A DNA stretch of 64,000 nucleotides from Nitrospinaceae bacterium (GCA_029261655.1 JAJDAY010000026.1:138362-202361), one strand, 5' to 3'; counted from the stretch's first letter, positions 1-10,430 are shown. Numbers and translations: made by a program. The notes: generated by a model from the letters alone, not told the origin.

Positions 1-38
1 TTTGCGAATCGTCTTCAGGTTTTTCGCCAATATTGACA
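1..38 (-). CDS. 5' end of an unidentified CDS running off the window (MSILAKNLKTIRK...)
   Basis: ATG at 36-38 on the minus strand, preceded by a strong SD (GGAGAAGGAGAAG, rc of 41-55). Only 13 codons are visible. Confidence 0.25.
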
Positions 39-181
39 TCCAAACTTCTCCTTCTCCAAAAAATGTGTCCGATTTAGCCTATTATAAGCAAATGCCCGTT
101 TCATTATCAATCGTTTATTAGCAAAAGATGCTGACCGGTTTTTTTCCGCTTAATTTTTTGCGGGAAAAACTGGATTAAGGG

Positions 182-1156
182 TCAAGCGTTGAGTATTTTT
201 GCCGCTTCCCTGGCAAAATAAGTGAGGATCATCTGTGCCCCGGCGCGTTTTATACTCAGCAGGATTTCCAGCATCACCCGTTCCCCATCCACCCAATCTC
301 TCTCGGCGGCGGCTTTGACCATCGCATATTCCCCGCTCACGCTGTAGGCGGCCACAGGAACCTGCACCTCCTGTCGAACCCGGCGGATGATATCCAGATA
401 GGATAGAGCGGGCTTGACCATGACTATATCAGCGCCTTCTTCAATATCCTGGAATACTTCGCGCAGGCTTTCGTCACTGTTTCCGGGGTCCATCTGATAG
501 GAACAACGGTCACCAAATTTTGGTGAGGAATCCGCGGCTTCCCGGAAGGGACCATAAAACCCGGAAGCATATTTGGCCGCGTAGGAAAGGATGATCGTGT
601 CCTCATGGCTGGTTTCATCCAGAGTTTTACGGATGGCTTGCACTCTTCCATCCATCATGTCTGACGGGGCGACAATATCCGCTCCGGCCCGAGCATGGGT
701 TTCGGCCATCTTCGATAACAATTCCAGAGTGGCGTCATTGAGTATTTTATTTCCTTCCACCAATCCGCAATGGCCGTGGTCAGTATATTCGTCGATACAC
801 ACATCGGTGATGACAACCATGTCGGGAAATGCCGATTTAACCTCCCGCACCGCTCGCTGGACGATTCCATCCGGGTTATAGGCTTCAGAACCACGGCTGT
901 CTTTTTTATCTGGAATGCCAAATAATATGATTGCGGGAATCCCAAGACTTTGGGTTTCCCTCACATCTTTCAGAAGTTCGTCCAGAGAACACCTGGCGAT
1001 TCCCGGCATGGACGAAATTTCCTGCCGAACTCCCTTGCCCTCACAAACAAACATGGGTTCGATCAGGTCATCCGTAGAGAGGCTGGTTTCCCGAACCATC
1101 CGCAAAATTCCCGCATTGGCTCTCAGTCTTCGATATCTATGAATTGGAAAAGACAT
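182..1156 (-). CDS. hemB: porphobilinogen synthase (delta-aminolevulinate dehydratase)
   Basis: 324-aa ORF with full-length ALAD family features: the active-site Lys regions, metal-binding DVCIDEYTDHGHCG and the ...SDMMDGR... motif. Confidence 0.9.
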   Translation of the reverse strand: MSFPIHRYRRLRANAGILRMVRETSLSTDDLIEPMFVCEGKGVRQEISSMPGIARCSLDELLKDVRETQSLGIPAIILFGIPDKKDSRGSEAYNPDGIVQRAVREVKSAFPDMVVITDVCIDEYTDHGHCGLVEGNKILNDATLELLSKMAETHARAGADIVAPSDMMDGRVQAIRKTLDETSHEDTIILSYAAKYASGFYGPFREAADSSPKFGDRCSYQMDPGNSDESLREVFQDIEEGADIVMVKPALSYLDIIRRVRQEVQVPVAAYSVSGEYAMVKAAAERDWVDGERVMLEILLSIKRAGAQMILTYFAREAAKILNA

Positions 1157-1618
1157 AATAAAAAAAGTCTCTGAAATTTAAATTTTTATAGGAAATTTTT
1201 AACAGCTTTTTCGACAGGTCGGGGTTCAGCAAACCATCCAAGGTTATCACAGTATTTCTCCCACCTTCAACTTATTGAATACTGGGTTGGAGTTGAAAGA
1301 TACTCTTTGAAGCTTTTTTACTCTTCCCGCCAATTCAAGGGACTGGCATCCAGCGGGTCTCGCCCCCTCATCATTGCGTCTTTTTTTGTAACCGGTGTTG
1401 ATATTTTGACACAATTACTTGAATTTAATGGCTGAAGCCCTTGTTTATTTGACACACCCCAAATACCCGGAAACCCGGAAACCATTTTACCTAAAAGCCT
1501 TGACCTGTTTGTCGCCGCCTTTTTCAAAATGGCATCAATTTTGCTCCATAACTTATTGTTTTTCAAAGTTTTGTATAACTACCGTCCACCGACAAATCAT
1601 TTTTCAGGAGAAGGAATC

Positions 1619-2008
1619 ATGGAACCTTTCGACTCTCATTTAGATGAAGCATATGAACACCTCAACAAGGCGATCATGAAAGCCATCGTTTCCTCTGACG
1701 ATGTCAAAAAGGTGCTTTCCGGGTTTAAAGAAAAGGATATGATCAATCATCTTTCAGTTCTGAACTTGATTCTCAGCCTGGAAGAACTTTCGGACATGGT
1801 TTTTACTGATGAGAGTTCCGATGATTATGAATTGGTGAAGGAGGATTTTGCGGCTGAGAAGGAAGAAAGTTCATCCGCAATAGAAGCCTCTAATCCTTTT
1901 AAAATAGACGGGAAAAACTTATCTCCCAATGAGATACTATTTGAAAAGTTTTTCCAGAAAAAATTTGACTCCCAAGGATGGCTCAAAAAAGCAAAACTCA
2001 AACTGTAA
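1619..2008 (+). CDS. hypothetical acidic protein (about 129 aa)
   Basis: ORF 1529..2008. The internal ATG at 1619 is preceded by AGGAGAAGGAA. Acidic/Ser-rich composition and no recognisable domain. Confidence 0.45.
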   Translation: MEPFDSHLDEAYEHLNKAIMKAIVSSDDVKKVLSGFKEKDMINHLSVLNLILSLEELSDMVFTDESSDDYELVKEDFAAEKEESSSAIEASNPFKIDGKNLSPNEILFEKFFQKKFDSQGWLKKAKLKL

Positions 2009-2320
2009 AACTAATAACGCGCCGAAAATTTCATTTTTTCTGAGAAGCTTCCCCGTTGAAATCAGGGGTTGTTTTCAGAGATTGATAGTTTTATTTCTTA
2101 AAGATTTTGGACTCGCAGGATATAAATTTAATCTGCTTTATAGGAATCACAATGATCTCTTCAGCTGTGGTGATTTCGAATAATTCCAAATCGTCGCTGA
2201 AGCCATGCTTTTCTGTGTTTTCGCATTCAAGCTTCTCATTATCTACAAACACCACTTTCAACCGATACTGCATGAATTCTCCTTTTCCCTTTTTTTAATG
2301 TCCCGATAGCTTGTATCTGG

Positions 2321-3523
2321 TCAGTTTGGGGTTGCCATCATTTCAAATTTCTTTGAAAGAGGGTTGCCCAGATAATCTTCCACATAGTTTTTCAGATATC
2401 CCTTCTCATACAATTTCCGGTTGGAAAGGCCTGAGTTGACTTTGTTCAGGACTTTGAAGGTGCACCTGGGAAACCGGGCCTTAAAATCATCAAAAGTCTC
2501 TCCCGTTATATCCATTTCCAGGGCGGAAGATTTTTCCAATATCACCTTTGGCAAATACACCCGTGTCTGGTGAGTGATCCGTTCCGCGACATCCTGGAAG
2601 GTGAGCAAAGTCGTGCAATTGGAATCCCCGCCGAGAGTGGCATTGGGAACATAAAGAAATCTGGCGCGATTGCGGCGAAACAGTGTCAAAATTTTGTGAA
2701 CATTCCCTGCCATCACGACCGTGTCCTTTTTTTCCAATTCACAGGCGTCAAACGTTTTGATGATTTTATTCCGGTTCAAAAAGGAAGTGATATCCGATTC
2801 CGTATGTATCATCGTGGCATTGGGAAGATTTAAATCGTAAGTTTTCCGGGCTTCGTCGGCAAGGAATTTTTTTCCAAAACGCATCAAGGAGGTCGTGTCG
2901 GGGTCTATGTATTTCAAAGGCGTCAAACATCCCATCCACAACAAAACCTTGGGGTTGATCCGGGAAATCCGCCGGGCGTCCTCAGACATGGTGTCCGGCC
3001 CGAAAGAGTAAAAATTGGCCGAAGTCACTGCGGGGCCGTCCAGTATCTGTAAAACCTGTTCGGCACTCGGGCCGTTGGGCATCAGCTTTTTTCGGGCTTC
3101 TCCGAGCGTGATCACCGACAATTCAAAATTGATTCTTCCAGGATGCCTTTCTGCCAGTCTGTTGATCCTCTCCGGATTGGTGTAGCCCACGGTGAACATG
3201 GTGATATTTTTATCCGTATTATCCAGGAACTCCTCGATCCAGTCCATGGCTTTGGGATGAAGCGGCAGGTCGGTCCATTCCATATACTCATTGCCGCCAA
3301 GAACCCAGGATTCATCCTTCCTGGTAGGAACTTTCTTGATCTCACTGAATATAAAATCCCAATCTTCCTGAGTGGTACGCGGCGTATCAAAGGTTTTCCG
3401 ATAACTGTGGTCCTTTTCATAGCAAAACGTGCATTTCACGGGGCAGGTTTTGCCAAGGCTCAACGGAATTTTCAACTCCCGGATTTCGGCTCTTAGAACA
3501 TTATGAAGAAACTCTTTATCCAC
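2321..3523 (-). CDS. radical SAM domain protein, function unknown
   Basis: 400-aa ORF with a CPVKCTFC (Cx3Cx2C) cluster motif near the N-terminus. Long and coding-like. Confidence 0.6.
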   Translation of the reverse strand: MDKEFLHNVLRAEIRELKIPLSLGKTCPVKCTFCYEKDHSYRKTFDTPRTTQEDWDFIFSEIKKVPTRKDESWVLGGNEYMEWTDLPLHPKAMDWIEEFLDNTDKNITMFTVGYTNPERINRLAERHPGRINFELSVITLGEARKKLMPNGPSAEQVLQILDGPAVTSANFYSFGPDTMSEDARRISRINPKVLLWMGCLTPLKYIDPDTTSLMRFGKKFLADEARKTYDLNLPNATMIHTESDITSFLNRNKIIKTFDACELEKKDTVVMAGNVHKILTLFRRNRARFLYVPNATLGGDSNCTTLLTFQDVAERITHQTRVYLPKVILEKSSALEMDITGETFDDFKARFPRCTFKVLNKVNSGLSNRKLYEKGYLKNYVEDYLGNPLSKKFEMMATPN

Positions 3524-3577
3524 TTGTCACCATTCCTTATTAAATTTCCTATGACCTCGGCCACAAAACCAGTCGAG

Positions 3578-3907
3578 TTAATCCCAATTCTTGAAAACCG
3601 CGAGCAATTGGTCGTCCACAGGAACCTCGGTCTTTTGTTCGTCGCTCAATTCCGCGATCAATTGTTTGAGATGAACGGCGGCGCATCCCATATAAGCCAT
3701 GCATTCCTGCTGTTTTTTGAATCCCCCGGCCTTCAGCTTTTTTTCAAGTTCTTCGATATGTTTTTCATCAAAGGGGTGAACTGAGGCCGATTTCCTGAAG
3801 GACTCACTGGCATCATTGAAGTTTTTTTCCTCACTTTCGGTCATTCCGGTTTTAAGATACTCCTGGGCTTCTCTCACCTCTTCAACCGTCACAGAACTTT
3901 CTTGCAT
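3578..3907 (-). CDS. hypothetical protein
   Basis: 109-aa ORF, acidic and helical, 55 nt downstream of the radical SAM gene on the same strand. Confidence 0.4.
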   Translation of the reverse strand: MQESSVTVEEVREAQEYLKTGMTESEEKNFNDASESFRKSASVHPFDEKHIEELEKKLKAGGFKKQQECMAYMGCAAVHLKQLIAELSDEQKTEVPVDDQLLAVFKNWD

Positions 3908-4500
3908 GGGTTCTCATCTCTCCTAAGAATCAACGAACGATTTTTATTGCGTCACAAAGCCCCCTCCCCTTGCTCACCAAGTCTTATCCTCGATATGGAC
4001 AAAACCCTCCAACCGCAAGGGAGTAAAATCAAATTGGGGCTATAGGCCTGGAGTTTTTCAAAGCCATTCTATCACTCTGCAAGACCAATTTGTCAAGAAG
4101 TTAGAAGAATGACGGGCAAAAGAGGGATGGGGAAATAAAATCGGTGGCCAATACGGGCGTGTGGTCGGTCCATCAGAAGATGGATATTTTTACTATTTTG
4201 ATATTTCAAGCCCCAAAAAGAGCGGGCACTCTTTGGGCCTGGTAGGGGGGTGAGGATGAAACATCCGCAAAAGGAAGAACTTTAAATAAACCCGGCTTTC
4301 GTGGAGTTCACCCCGAGCAAACCAGAAACGTCATCGCGAGCCGCAAGGTAGCGTGGCCATTGTATCACTCCAAAGCTTTCGCCCCCCCAGAGGGGCAAGC
4401 CCGGAATCCTGACCAGCTTCGTCACCGTTGACTTCTCGAAATCACGGGTCCCGCAAAGGTCTCCTTAAAAGGGGACGGGATCCATCGGTAAAAAAACCCG

Positions 4501-4626
4501 TTATTTCTTCTCTTCTACGTTATCCGGCTTTACCTGTTTACCGTGGGGAAATTTATTTTCCATCGAACATGAGGTTAGGACCATCAAACTAATCGCTAAA
4601 ACCAAAAAGAACGCTACTTTTCTCAT
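4501..4626 (-). CDS. small lipoprotein (41 aa) MRKVAFFLVLAISLMVLTSC|SMENKFPHGKQVKPDNVEEKK
   Basis: Hand-translated. Signal peptide with an LTSC lipobox, ATG to TAA, below the 60-aa ORF-track cutoff. Divergent from birA. Confidence 0.3.
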   Translation of the reverse strand: MRKVAFFLVLAISLMVLTSCSMENKFPHGKQVKPDNVEEKK

Positions 4627-4798
4627 CCAACTTTCTCCTTATTCATTTTGACGCGCATGCACTCAAAAATTCTTGAAACTCTTGCATTTCGATCTAGCTT
4701 TTTATCAATATTTCTTTGATAATTCAATGATTATTTTTCACTTTTTGCCGATAATCGTCTTCCGAGGACCCTACCCTTTCCCAATACAGAGGACTGTT

Positions 4799-5596
4799 GT
4801 GCTCACTCCCTTGTCTGCCGAAAAAATAAAACGCAAACTGAATTCCCGGCGAATAGGGTCAAAAATCCTTGTTTTGGAAGCCGTCGATTCCACCAACGAG
4901 CAGGCCAAACCATATCTTGAACAGGACGCACCGGAAGGACTGGTCCTGATTGCCGAATCCCAGACCCGGGGACGCGGACGCAGGGGACGGAGCTGGGTGT
5001 CCCTGCCGGGAATCGGAGTCTATCTTTCAGTCATATTGAAACCGAAAATTCAGCCCCGGAGCCTACCGCAACTGACCTTGCTGGCAGGTTTGGCAACGAC
5101 TCTGGCTGTCAATGATTTCACCAAAAAAAAAGCCCGATTGAAGTGGCCAAACGACATCCTTTTGAATGGGAAAAAATGCTGTGGAATTCTGTCCGAGACT
5201 CATCCCGCCCGCACCGGCGAGACCGGAGTGATCGTCGGCATCGGGGTCAACGCCAATCACAGCCTCACTGACTTTCCCGCCGAATTACAGCCAACGGCAA
5301 CTTCCCTCAGGATCGAAACAGGAAACGCCATTGACCGGCTGTCTCTCATTTGCGCCATTTTAGGCTATCTTGACGAACAATACGACGCTTTCCTTAACAA
5401 TGGGGAACAGGCGCTCCTGGAAAAATGGCTGGAAAACTCGGACATGATCGGAAAAAAAATCACCGTCACTCAAGGAAAGTCAGCCACCGACGGGACCGCT
5501 CTCGGGCTGGATTCCCACGGCAGGTTGTTAATGTGTTCTGAAAAAGGCGAGACACTGACTTTTGAATCAGGAGAAGTCAGCCTTCGGTTGACTTGA
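4799..5596 (+). CDS. birA: biotin--[acetyl-CoA-carboxylase] ligase
   Basis: The GRGRRGRSW biotin-binding motif and a BPL/LPL catalytic domain plus C-terminal domain. GTG at 4799 with AGAGGA SD 8 nt upstream. The ORF extends in frame back to 4673 but that N-terminus looks non-native. Confidence 0.8.
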   Translation: MLTPLSAEKIKRKLNSRRIGSKILVLEAVDSTNEQAKPYLEQDAPEGLVLIAESQTRGRGRRGRSWVSLPGIGVYLSVILKPKIQPRSLPQLTLLAGLATTLAVNDFTKKKARLKWPNDILLNGKKCCGILSETHPARTGETGVIVGIGVNANHSLTDFPAELQPTATSLRIETGNAIDRLSLICAILGYLDEQYDAFLNNGEQALLEKWLENSDMIGKKITVTQGKSATDGTALGLDSHGRLLMCSEKGETLTFESGEVSLRLT

Positions 5597-5656
5597 TATA
5601 GCCCGCAAGCTAAAGTCACGGCGATATTAAAGGACGATGAGTCGGCACTTGGATAC

Positions 5657-6163
5657 CTAGAAGGAGCCAAAAAGCCCGAAGCTGAAGTTAACATCCGGTC
5701 CCGTGCGGGTTCGGCCCTGGGGCCAGAGATGATATTCCCTGACACGCAAAATGGGGTAATCGTAGGTGATTTCATCCAGCGACCGGGTTTCGGTCCCCTC
5801 CACTTTCCCGACCAGGGTGATTTTTCGTCCTTTGGCAAAAATCTGCTCGTCCCAGATCTCTTTACTCTTTAACAACAGACGCCCACTGGTTTGGTCGTTC
5901 AGTTCGGGTTCCAGACGGTAACCGAGGGGCCTTTGTAAAATTTCCACCCAGCTTCCTTCCGCGTCATTTCCCGCCTGAACAATGGTCCCCCCAAACAAAA
6001 CAGACATTCCCAGGTATCTCTCAGGGTTCCGTTGCAACTCTCCCAGCAAAACGTTCGGGTTGCTTTCATCAATGACCGCCTGCGATAAAACAGGCCCGCA
6101 ACCGGAAAATAAAAATACCGCCAGCCAAAAGAAATTGTGCCTTACCTTAAAAATTGCGGCCAT
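5657..6163 (-). CDS. Slp-family outer-membrane lipoprotein
   Basis: Signal peptide with FSGC lipobox. Family-like core (GGTIVQ...W.EILQRPLG...). Paralogous to the adjacent gene. Confidence 0.55.
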   Translation of the reverse strand: MAAIFKVRHNFFWLAVFLFSGCGPVLSQAVIDESNPNVLLGELQRNPERYLGMSVLFGGTIVQAGNDAEGSWVEILQRPLGYRLEPELNDQTSGRLLLKSKEIWDEQIFAKGRKITLVGKVEGTETRSLDEITYDYPILRVREYHLWPQGRTRTGPDVNFSFGLFGSF

Positions 6164-6180
6164 ATCCTCCCCACCTCCTA

Positions 6181-6705
6181 TTACCAGTAATGATGCCTGT
6201 GATGACGATGCCCAAAACCACCAAAGTAATAAGGATAAAATGGATCATAATAATAGGGGTAGTAGGGAGTATCAGGATATTCTTGCAATAGTTTCAATTC
6301 TTCCGGTTCGATGACCGGGAACAAATAATCCCGGTCGCCAATTTTACCGGATTGACTTCCCACAATCACTCCCGCTCCAATAACGTCTCGTCCCTTTGTA
6401 TAAACTTCAGGCTCCAGAAATCCTCGGCGACGAAATATAAAACGCCCCAACGTCGCGTCGCCTGTATTCAGGTTACCATAGGAATCAATCGACTTCTGAA
6501 CCACTTCAATATCACTTTGCTCAGGGGAGTTTCGGGTCTGGACAATGTTACCGCCCAGCAACACTTTTTTACCAATATAGGAGTCTGGAGACTCAAACAG
6601 CCCCTGGACACTGACACTGGGATCCAGACTGGCGCGCAGGTCCTTTGAAATGGGGTGGGTGCATCCCACGAATATCAGCAAGAAGAACACTAGAAATACT
6701 CTCAT
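6181..6705 (-). CDS. Slp-family lipoprotein with C-terminal Tyr/Pro/His-rich tail
   Basis: Start moved to the ATG at 6705 (MRVFLVFFLLIFVGC lipobox, GGGAGGGG SD). Core aligns with the 5657..6163 product. Tail is PYYPYYYDPFYPYYFGGFGHRHHRHHYW. Confidence 0.55.
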   Translation of the reverse strand: MRVFLVFFLLIFVGCTHPISKDLRASLDPSVSVQGLFESPDSYIGKKVLLGGNIVQTRNSPEQSDIEVVQKSIDSYGNLNTGDATLGRFIFRRRGFLEPEVYTKGRDVIGAGVIVGSQSGKIGDRDYLFPVIEPEELKLLQEYPDTPYYPYYYDPFYPYYFGGFGHRHHRHHYW

Positions 6706-6936
6706 GGAACCCCTCCCTTCAATATTTCCGATCATTTGGCAAATGAAGATGGTAATGTTAAAAAATATATAATTAAATATACATATATTTGAGTATTTTG
6801 ACAAACAATTTTATCGGGGCAATGAAACCCCCATCCAAAACAACTGGGTTCTTGTGCTGTTTGCCCATTTAAGGATAAAATAGTTGTTTCAAATAGAGAT
6901 AGATCCTTTTTTCTTATCCCGTTTTTCTTGCCGAAC

Positions 6937-7845
6937 ATGGCCACAACAAAAAATTACTATAAAACTCTCGGCGTCGAAAAAAACGCTTCCTTTGCCGACA
7001 TCAAAAAACGTTACCGGGAATTGGCAAAAAAACACCATCCCGACGTCAATAACGGAAGCAAGAAGGCTGAAAACAATTTCAAGATCATTTCAGCCGCTTA
7101 CAACGTACTCAGCAATAAAAAAAGCCGACTGGAATACGACCAAACCTATCGTCAGCAAACCCGTCCCAAGAGCCGTGGAGGCAACGCCTGGTCAGATCCA
7201 TCGAATGACTTTGACTTCAGCGGGCGGCAAAAAACCGGTCAGCAGAGTGACTTTCGCCAAACCACCCCTGAAGAAGAACAAAAGTTCGATCCCGAATTTC
7301 CAACTCGGGGCTTCGATTTGCAGTTCATGGTCGATCTTCCTCTGGCCACCGTGGCCCTGGGCGGAACCCTGCCTTACAGTTACGAAAAATACGTTAAATG
7401 TATGGACTGTCTGGGCACAGGCTTTGTGGACTCCGAAGAATGCTCCGTCTGCAAGGGCAAACGGTTGGTGGTCGAAAGCGTGACCCTGGATGTAAAAATT
7501 CCTCCTGGTATCGGAAACCTTTACACGCTTCGAATTCCCGAAGCCGGGGGAGAAGGCAAAAACGGAGGCCCGCCCGGTGACTTGCTATTAAGAATCAGCG
7601 CAGAAAAACACCCGCGCTTCAAGCGTTTGAAAGACGATATTTATGCTGAAATCTCAATTTCGCCCGAATTGGCGGAAAAAGGCGGCCCACTGGAAATCGA
7701 AACTCTCGACTCGGTACTGACCATCGAAGTGGAAGAAGAAACACTGACGGGAGAAGAATTACGCATTCCCGGTCAGGGGGCTTGCATCAACTGGGGGAAT
7801 AATCGCGGGGATTTTATCGTCAAATTCAAAATTGAGGAAGGCTGA
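6937..7845 (+). CDS. J-domain co-chaperone (DnaJ/CbpA-like, truncated Zn finger)
   Basis: N-terminal J domain with HPD (KKHHPDVN). Only two CxxCxGxG repeats (CMDCLGTG, CSVCKGKR) and a DnaJ C-terminal-like domain. Confidence 0.8.
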   Translation: MATTKNYYKTLGVEKNASFADIKKRYRELAKKHHPDVNNGSKKAENNFKIISAAYNVLSNKKSRLEYDQTYRQQTRPKSRGGNAWSDPSNDFDFSGRQKTGQQSDFRQTTPEEEQKFDPEFPTRGFDLQFMVDLPLATVALGGTLPYSYEKYVKCMDCLGTGFVDSEECSVCKGKRLVVESVTLDVKIPPGIGNLYTLRIPEAGGEGKNGGPPGDLLLRISAEKHPRFKRLKDDIYAEISISPELAEKGGPLEIETLDSVLTIEVEEETLTGEELRIPGQGACINWGNNRGDFIVKFKIEEG

Positions 7846-7885
7846 ACCCTATCCACCGGGAATTCACCTGCGAAGGAAATCCGTT

Positions 7886-8689
7886 TCAGCCTTTTGCCTT
7901 GCGGGCTTTCACGTCCGCCGCATGCGCACGGGCTCTTTTGATCAGAGCTTCTTTTTCTTCTGGAGATCTATTGTATCGGGGGGTCGCTCCAGGAACTTTA
8001 TTGCCAGAACCCGCTTTAGCCGCTTGAGGTTTTGGAGCCGCAGATTTAGCCGCCGCCTTGGCCGTTTTGGAATCGTCGGTTTTGGCTCCGGCTGAATCAG
8101 CCTTGGCGGCAGTCGCATCCGGCTCCGTTCCCGCAGGTGATGCCGCCGCTTCCCCTTCCTTACGCACAAGGCGCATGGAAGACCAGACCTCCTGGGTCGG
8201 ATAAGGAGTGTCGATGCCGATTTTTCCATCAAAGCGAATGATCTGCTCATCCGTACATTCGCTGATCCAGGTATTGCTGGCGCCACCCGCTTCAAATATC
8301 GGGTCGAGCGGAAACATGGTTCCGTTTTTATCCATGCACTCTTTGGTTTTGTCAAAAATAGTCAGCGCTTCGGCCTTATTGGGAATACGCCAGTTGTCAT
8401 GTCCCGCGAACTTTTCCTTGTTGAATTTATCCACGTATTGCCGGTGGTCCATCCAGGTATAAAACTTGTGCATGTCAATCCAGGCGTCGGATTTTTTCCA
8501 CATCAGGCTTGAGGTAGGATCGGTGATGGTGCCATCGCCATTATCCACCAGGGGAGGCGCCGCGGGCTTCTCTTTTTTTGCCGCCGCTTTGGGCTTGGGG
8601 GCTTTTTCGGCAGACTTTTCAGTATCCGCTTGTTTCGCAGGTTTTTTGTCTTCTGCTTTTTTATCCGGTGCGGATTGTGTGTCTTCCAT
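7886..8689 (-). CDS. DUF1566 (Lcl C-terminal-like) domain protein with Lys/Ala/Pro-rich tails
   Basis: Central region matches DUF1566-like sequence (DNGDGTITD...LMWKK...NWRIPN). Both termini are KAAPK-rich low complexity. Confidence 0.55.
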   Translation of the reverse strand: MEDTQSAPDKKAEDKKPAKQADTEKSAEKAPKPKAAAKKEKPAAPPLVDNGDGTITDPTSSLMWKKSDAWIDMHKFYTWMDHRQYVDKFNKEKFAGHDNWRIPNKAEALTIFDKTKECMDKNGTMFPLDPIFEAGGASNTWISECTDEQIIRFDGKIGIDTPYPTQEVWSSMRLVRKEGEAAASPAGTEPDATAAKADSAGAKTDDSKTAKAAAKSAAPKPQAAKAGSGNKVPGATPRYNRSPEEKEALIKRARAHAADVKARKAKG

Positions 8690-8722
8690 AAAAACGTACC
8701 CGTTCAGACGTAATGGTGGGGT

Positions 8723-9013
8723 TTAAGGCGAAGGCTTTGCCTCAATGGGCGTCCATGTACAGCCTTCCAGAATTTGATTCAAGTCTTTCCCCGTTCCCGT
8801 CAGCTTGTTCAATATATCGCCAAGCTCGCGCGCGGAAAACGCGTTCAGACTGACCATAAAACTTTTTCGATAATCCGCCGCGTTGTTTTTGATCCAATTG
8901 ACAACGCCGACTTCTCCATCAGGACCTTCTACTTCCGATTGCTTTCTACCTAAAAGATTTGTCTGTGAAACGCGAATGATTTCACAAATCAAATCATCTT
9001 TTATTCGGCTCAT
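8723..9013 (-). CDS. hypothetical protein
   Basis: 96-aa ORF directly downstream of the dppC-like gene on the same strand. Confidence 0.35.
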   Translation of the reverse strand: MSRIKDDLICEIIRVSQTNLLGRKQSEVEGPDGEVGVVNWIKNNAADYRKSFMVSLNAFSARELGDILNKLTGTGKDLNQILEGCTWTPIEAKPSP

Positions 9014-9269
9014 TTAGATATCTCTTTTCCGTATGGCCGACAACAGCCATTCGGCATCAAAAAGACGCCAATTTATTATTATTTATCCGGGTTGTCAATC
9101 CGATATTTACCTGACAACATTCAAACAAATAAAACAATAGGTTAGACTGAGAATAACGCCTTTCAAAAATCCCTTATTTTCCTTTTATTTTATATCAACA
9201 AGGAGATTGAAAAAAGAAAATAATGATCTGAAGCCGACAACGTGACCTTTTCGTGCGAAATTCCCGGGA

Positions 9270-10076
9270 TCAGGTTCTCGGATCGAGCCTGTCTCTGAGT
9301 CCCTCTCCAAGAAAATTGAAGGCCAGAATGGTTAAAAATATCGCCAATGAGGGAAACAGAATCAGATGCGGATAAAACTTCACCGCTGTCCAGCCGTCGT
9401 TGGCCAGGGTTCCCCAACTGCTGAACGGAGGGGAAATTCCCAACCCGATAAAACTGAGTGTCGATTCCGCGAGAATGGCCACCGGGATACGAAAGCTCAA
9501 GGTAACGATCAATAAGCCAATGATATTCGGAAAAATTTCCCGCACAAAAATCCGCACATGACCAGCCCCAAGAGCCCGGGCGGCTTCAACATAGGTCAAC
9601 TCCTTGATCCTGAGGACTTCCCCACGTACCAGACGGGCCACCGTGACCCAGCTCACCAGCGTCAGGGCAATGAAAATCCCCGTCACCCCCCGCCCCATCA
9701 ACACCGTGATCAGAATGATCATGAGCAGGTCGGGGAGTGCAAAAACCACATCGACGACACGCATCATCAGGTTGTCGGTTCTTTTCCCGGCATAGCCCGA
9801 CACCGCGCCATAAACCGTCCCGATGAGGATCGCGAGCAACGTGGTCACCACCCCGACAAACAAAGAAACGCGGGCGCCATAAATCATGCGCGAAAACAAA
9901 TCCCGGCCCAGGCGATCCGTCCCCATCAGGTTCGCCGAATTGGGCGATGCCAGGGTGTTCATCGTATCCTGTGTTTCATACGAGTGAGGCGCCACCCAGG
10001 GAGCGAAAACTGCGACCAGCGCGACTCCCAAAAGGAACAGGGCGCTGAGTTTGGACGATAGGGGAAATTGTTTCAT
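9270..10076 (-). CDS. ABC transporter permease (DppC/OppC family)
   Basis: Six TM segments and the EAA-like motif EAARALGAGHVRIFVREIFPN. Confidence 0.85.
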   Translation of the reverse strand: MKQFPLSSKLSALFLLGVALVAVFAPWVAPHSYETQDTMNTLASPNSANLMGTDRLGRDLFSRMIYGARVSLFVGVVTTLLAILIGTVYGAVSGYAGKRTDNLMMRVVDVVFALPDLLMIILITVLMGRGVTGIFIALTLVSWVTVARLVRGEVLRIKELTYVEAARALGAGHVRIFVREIFPNIIGLLIVTLSFRIPVAILAESTLSFIGLGISPPFSSWGTLANDGWTAVKFYPHLILFPSLAIFLTILAFNFLGEGLRDRLDPRT

Positions 10077-10112
10077 GGAAGGATTATAATCAATATCAAT
10101 GAATAGAAAATT

Positions 10113-10400
10113 TCACTGTTCTTCATCAAACCACGTAAAACCTGTACCAGGAACTAAGTTTTCCCCAAATGAATCTACCTCATTAAGTTCTTTAACTCGC
10201 ATAATTGGGGGATTAGATAAATCATTTAATGTAATATCTTTCAGATCTTCCTTTATAATTTCAAAGGCAATATTTTCTGCTTGAGATGGACTTCCAGCAC
10301 TTATAAATCTAGTAGTGTAAAAACCAGATTTTTGGAACATTTCCTTTTCGTCCTTAATTAAAAAGTTTTTGCCTTCAATCAAAACGATAAATTTTTTCAT
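10113..10400 (-). CDS. hypothetical protein inserted between the two permease genes
   Basis: 95-aa ORF with protein-like composition filling the gap between the dppB-like and dppC-like genes. Confidence 0.35.
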   Translation of the reverse strand: MKKFIVLIEGKNFLIKDEKEMFQKSGFYTTRFISAGSPSQAENIAFEIIKEDLKDITLNDLSNPPIMRVKELNEVDSFGENLVPGTGFTWFDEEQ

Positions 10401-10430
10401 GCTGGGACGCTAACTTTGGAGGAATACATT

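Noticed and set aside
5470-5838. 122-aa minus-strand ORF overlapping the 3' end of birA
   Set aside because: It overlaps a well-supported gene on the other strand, with Pro/Ser/Arg-rich atypical composition.
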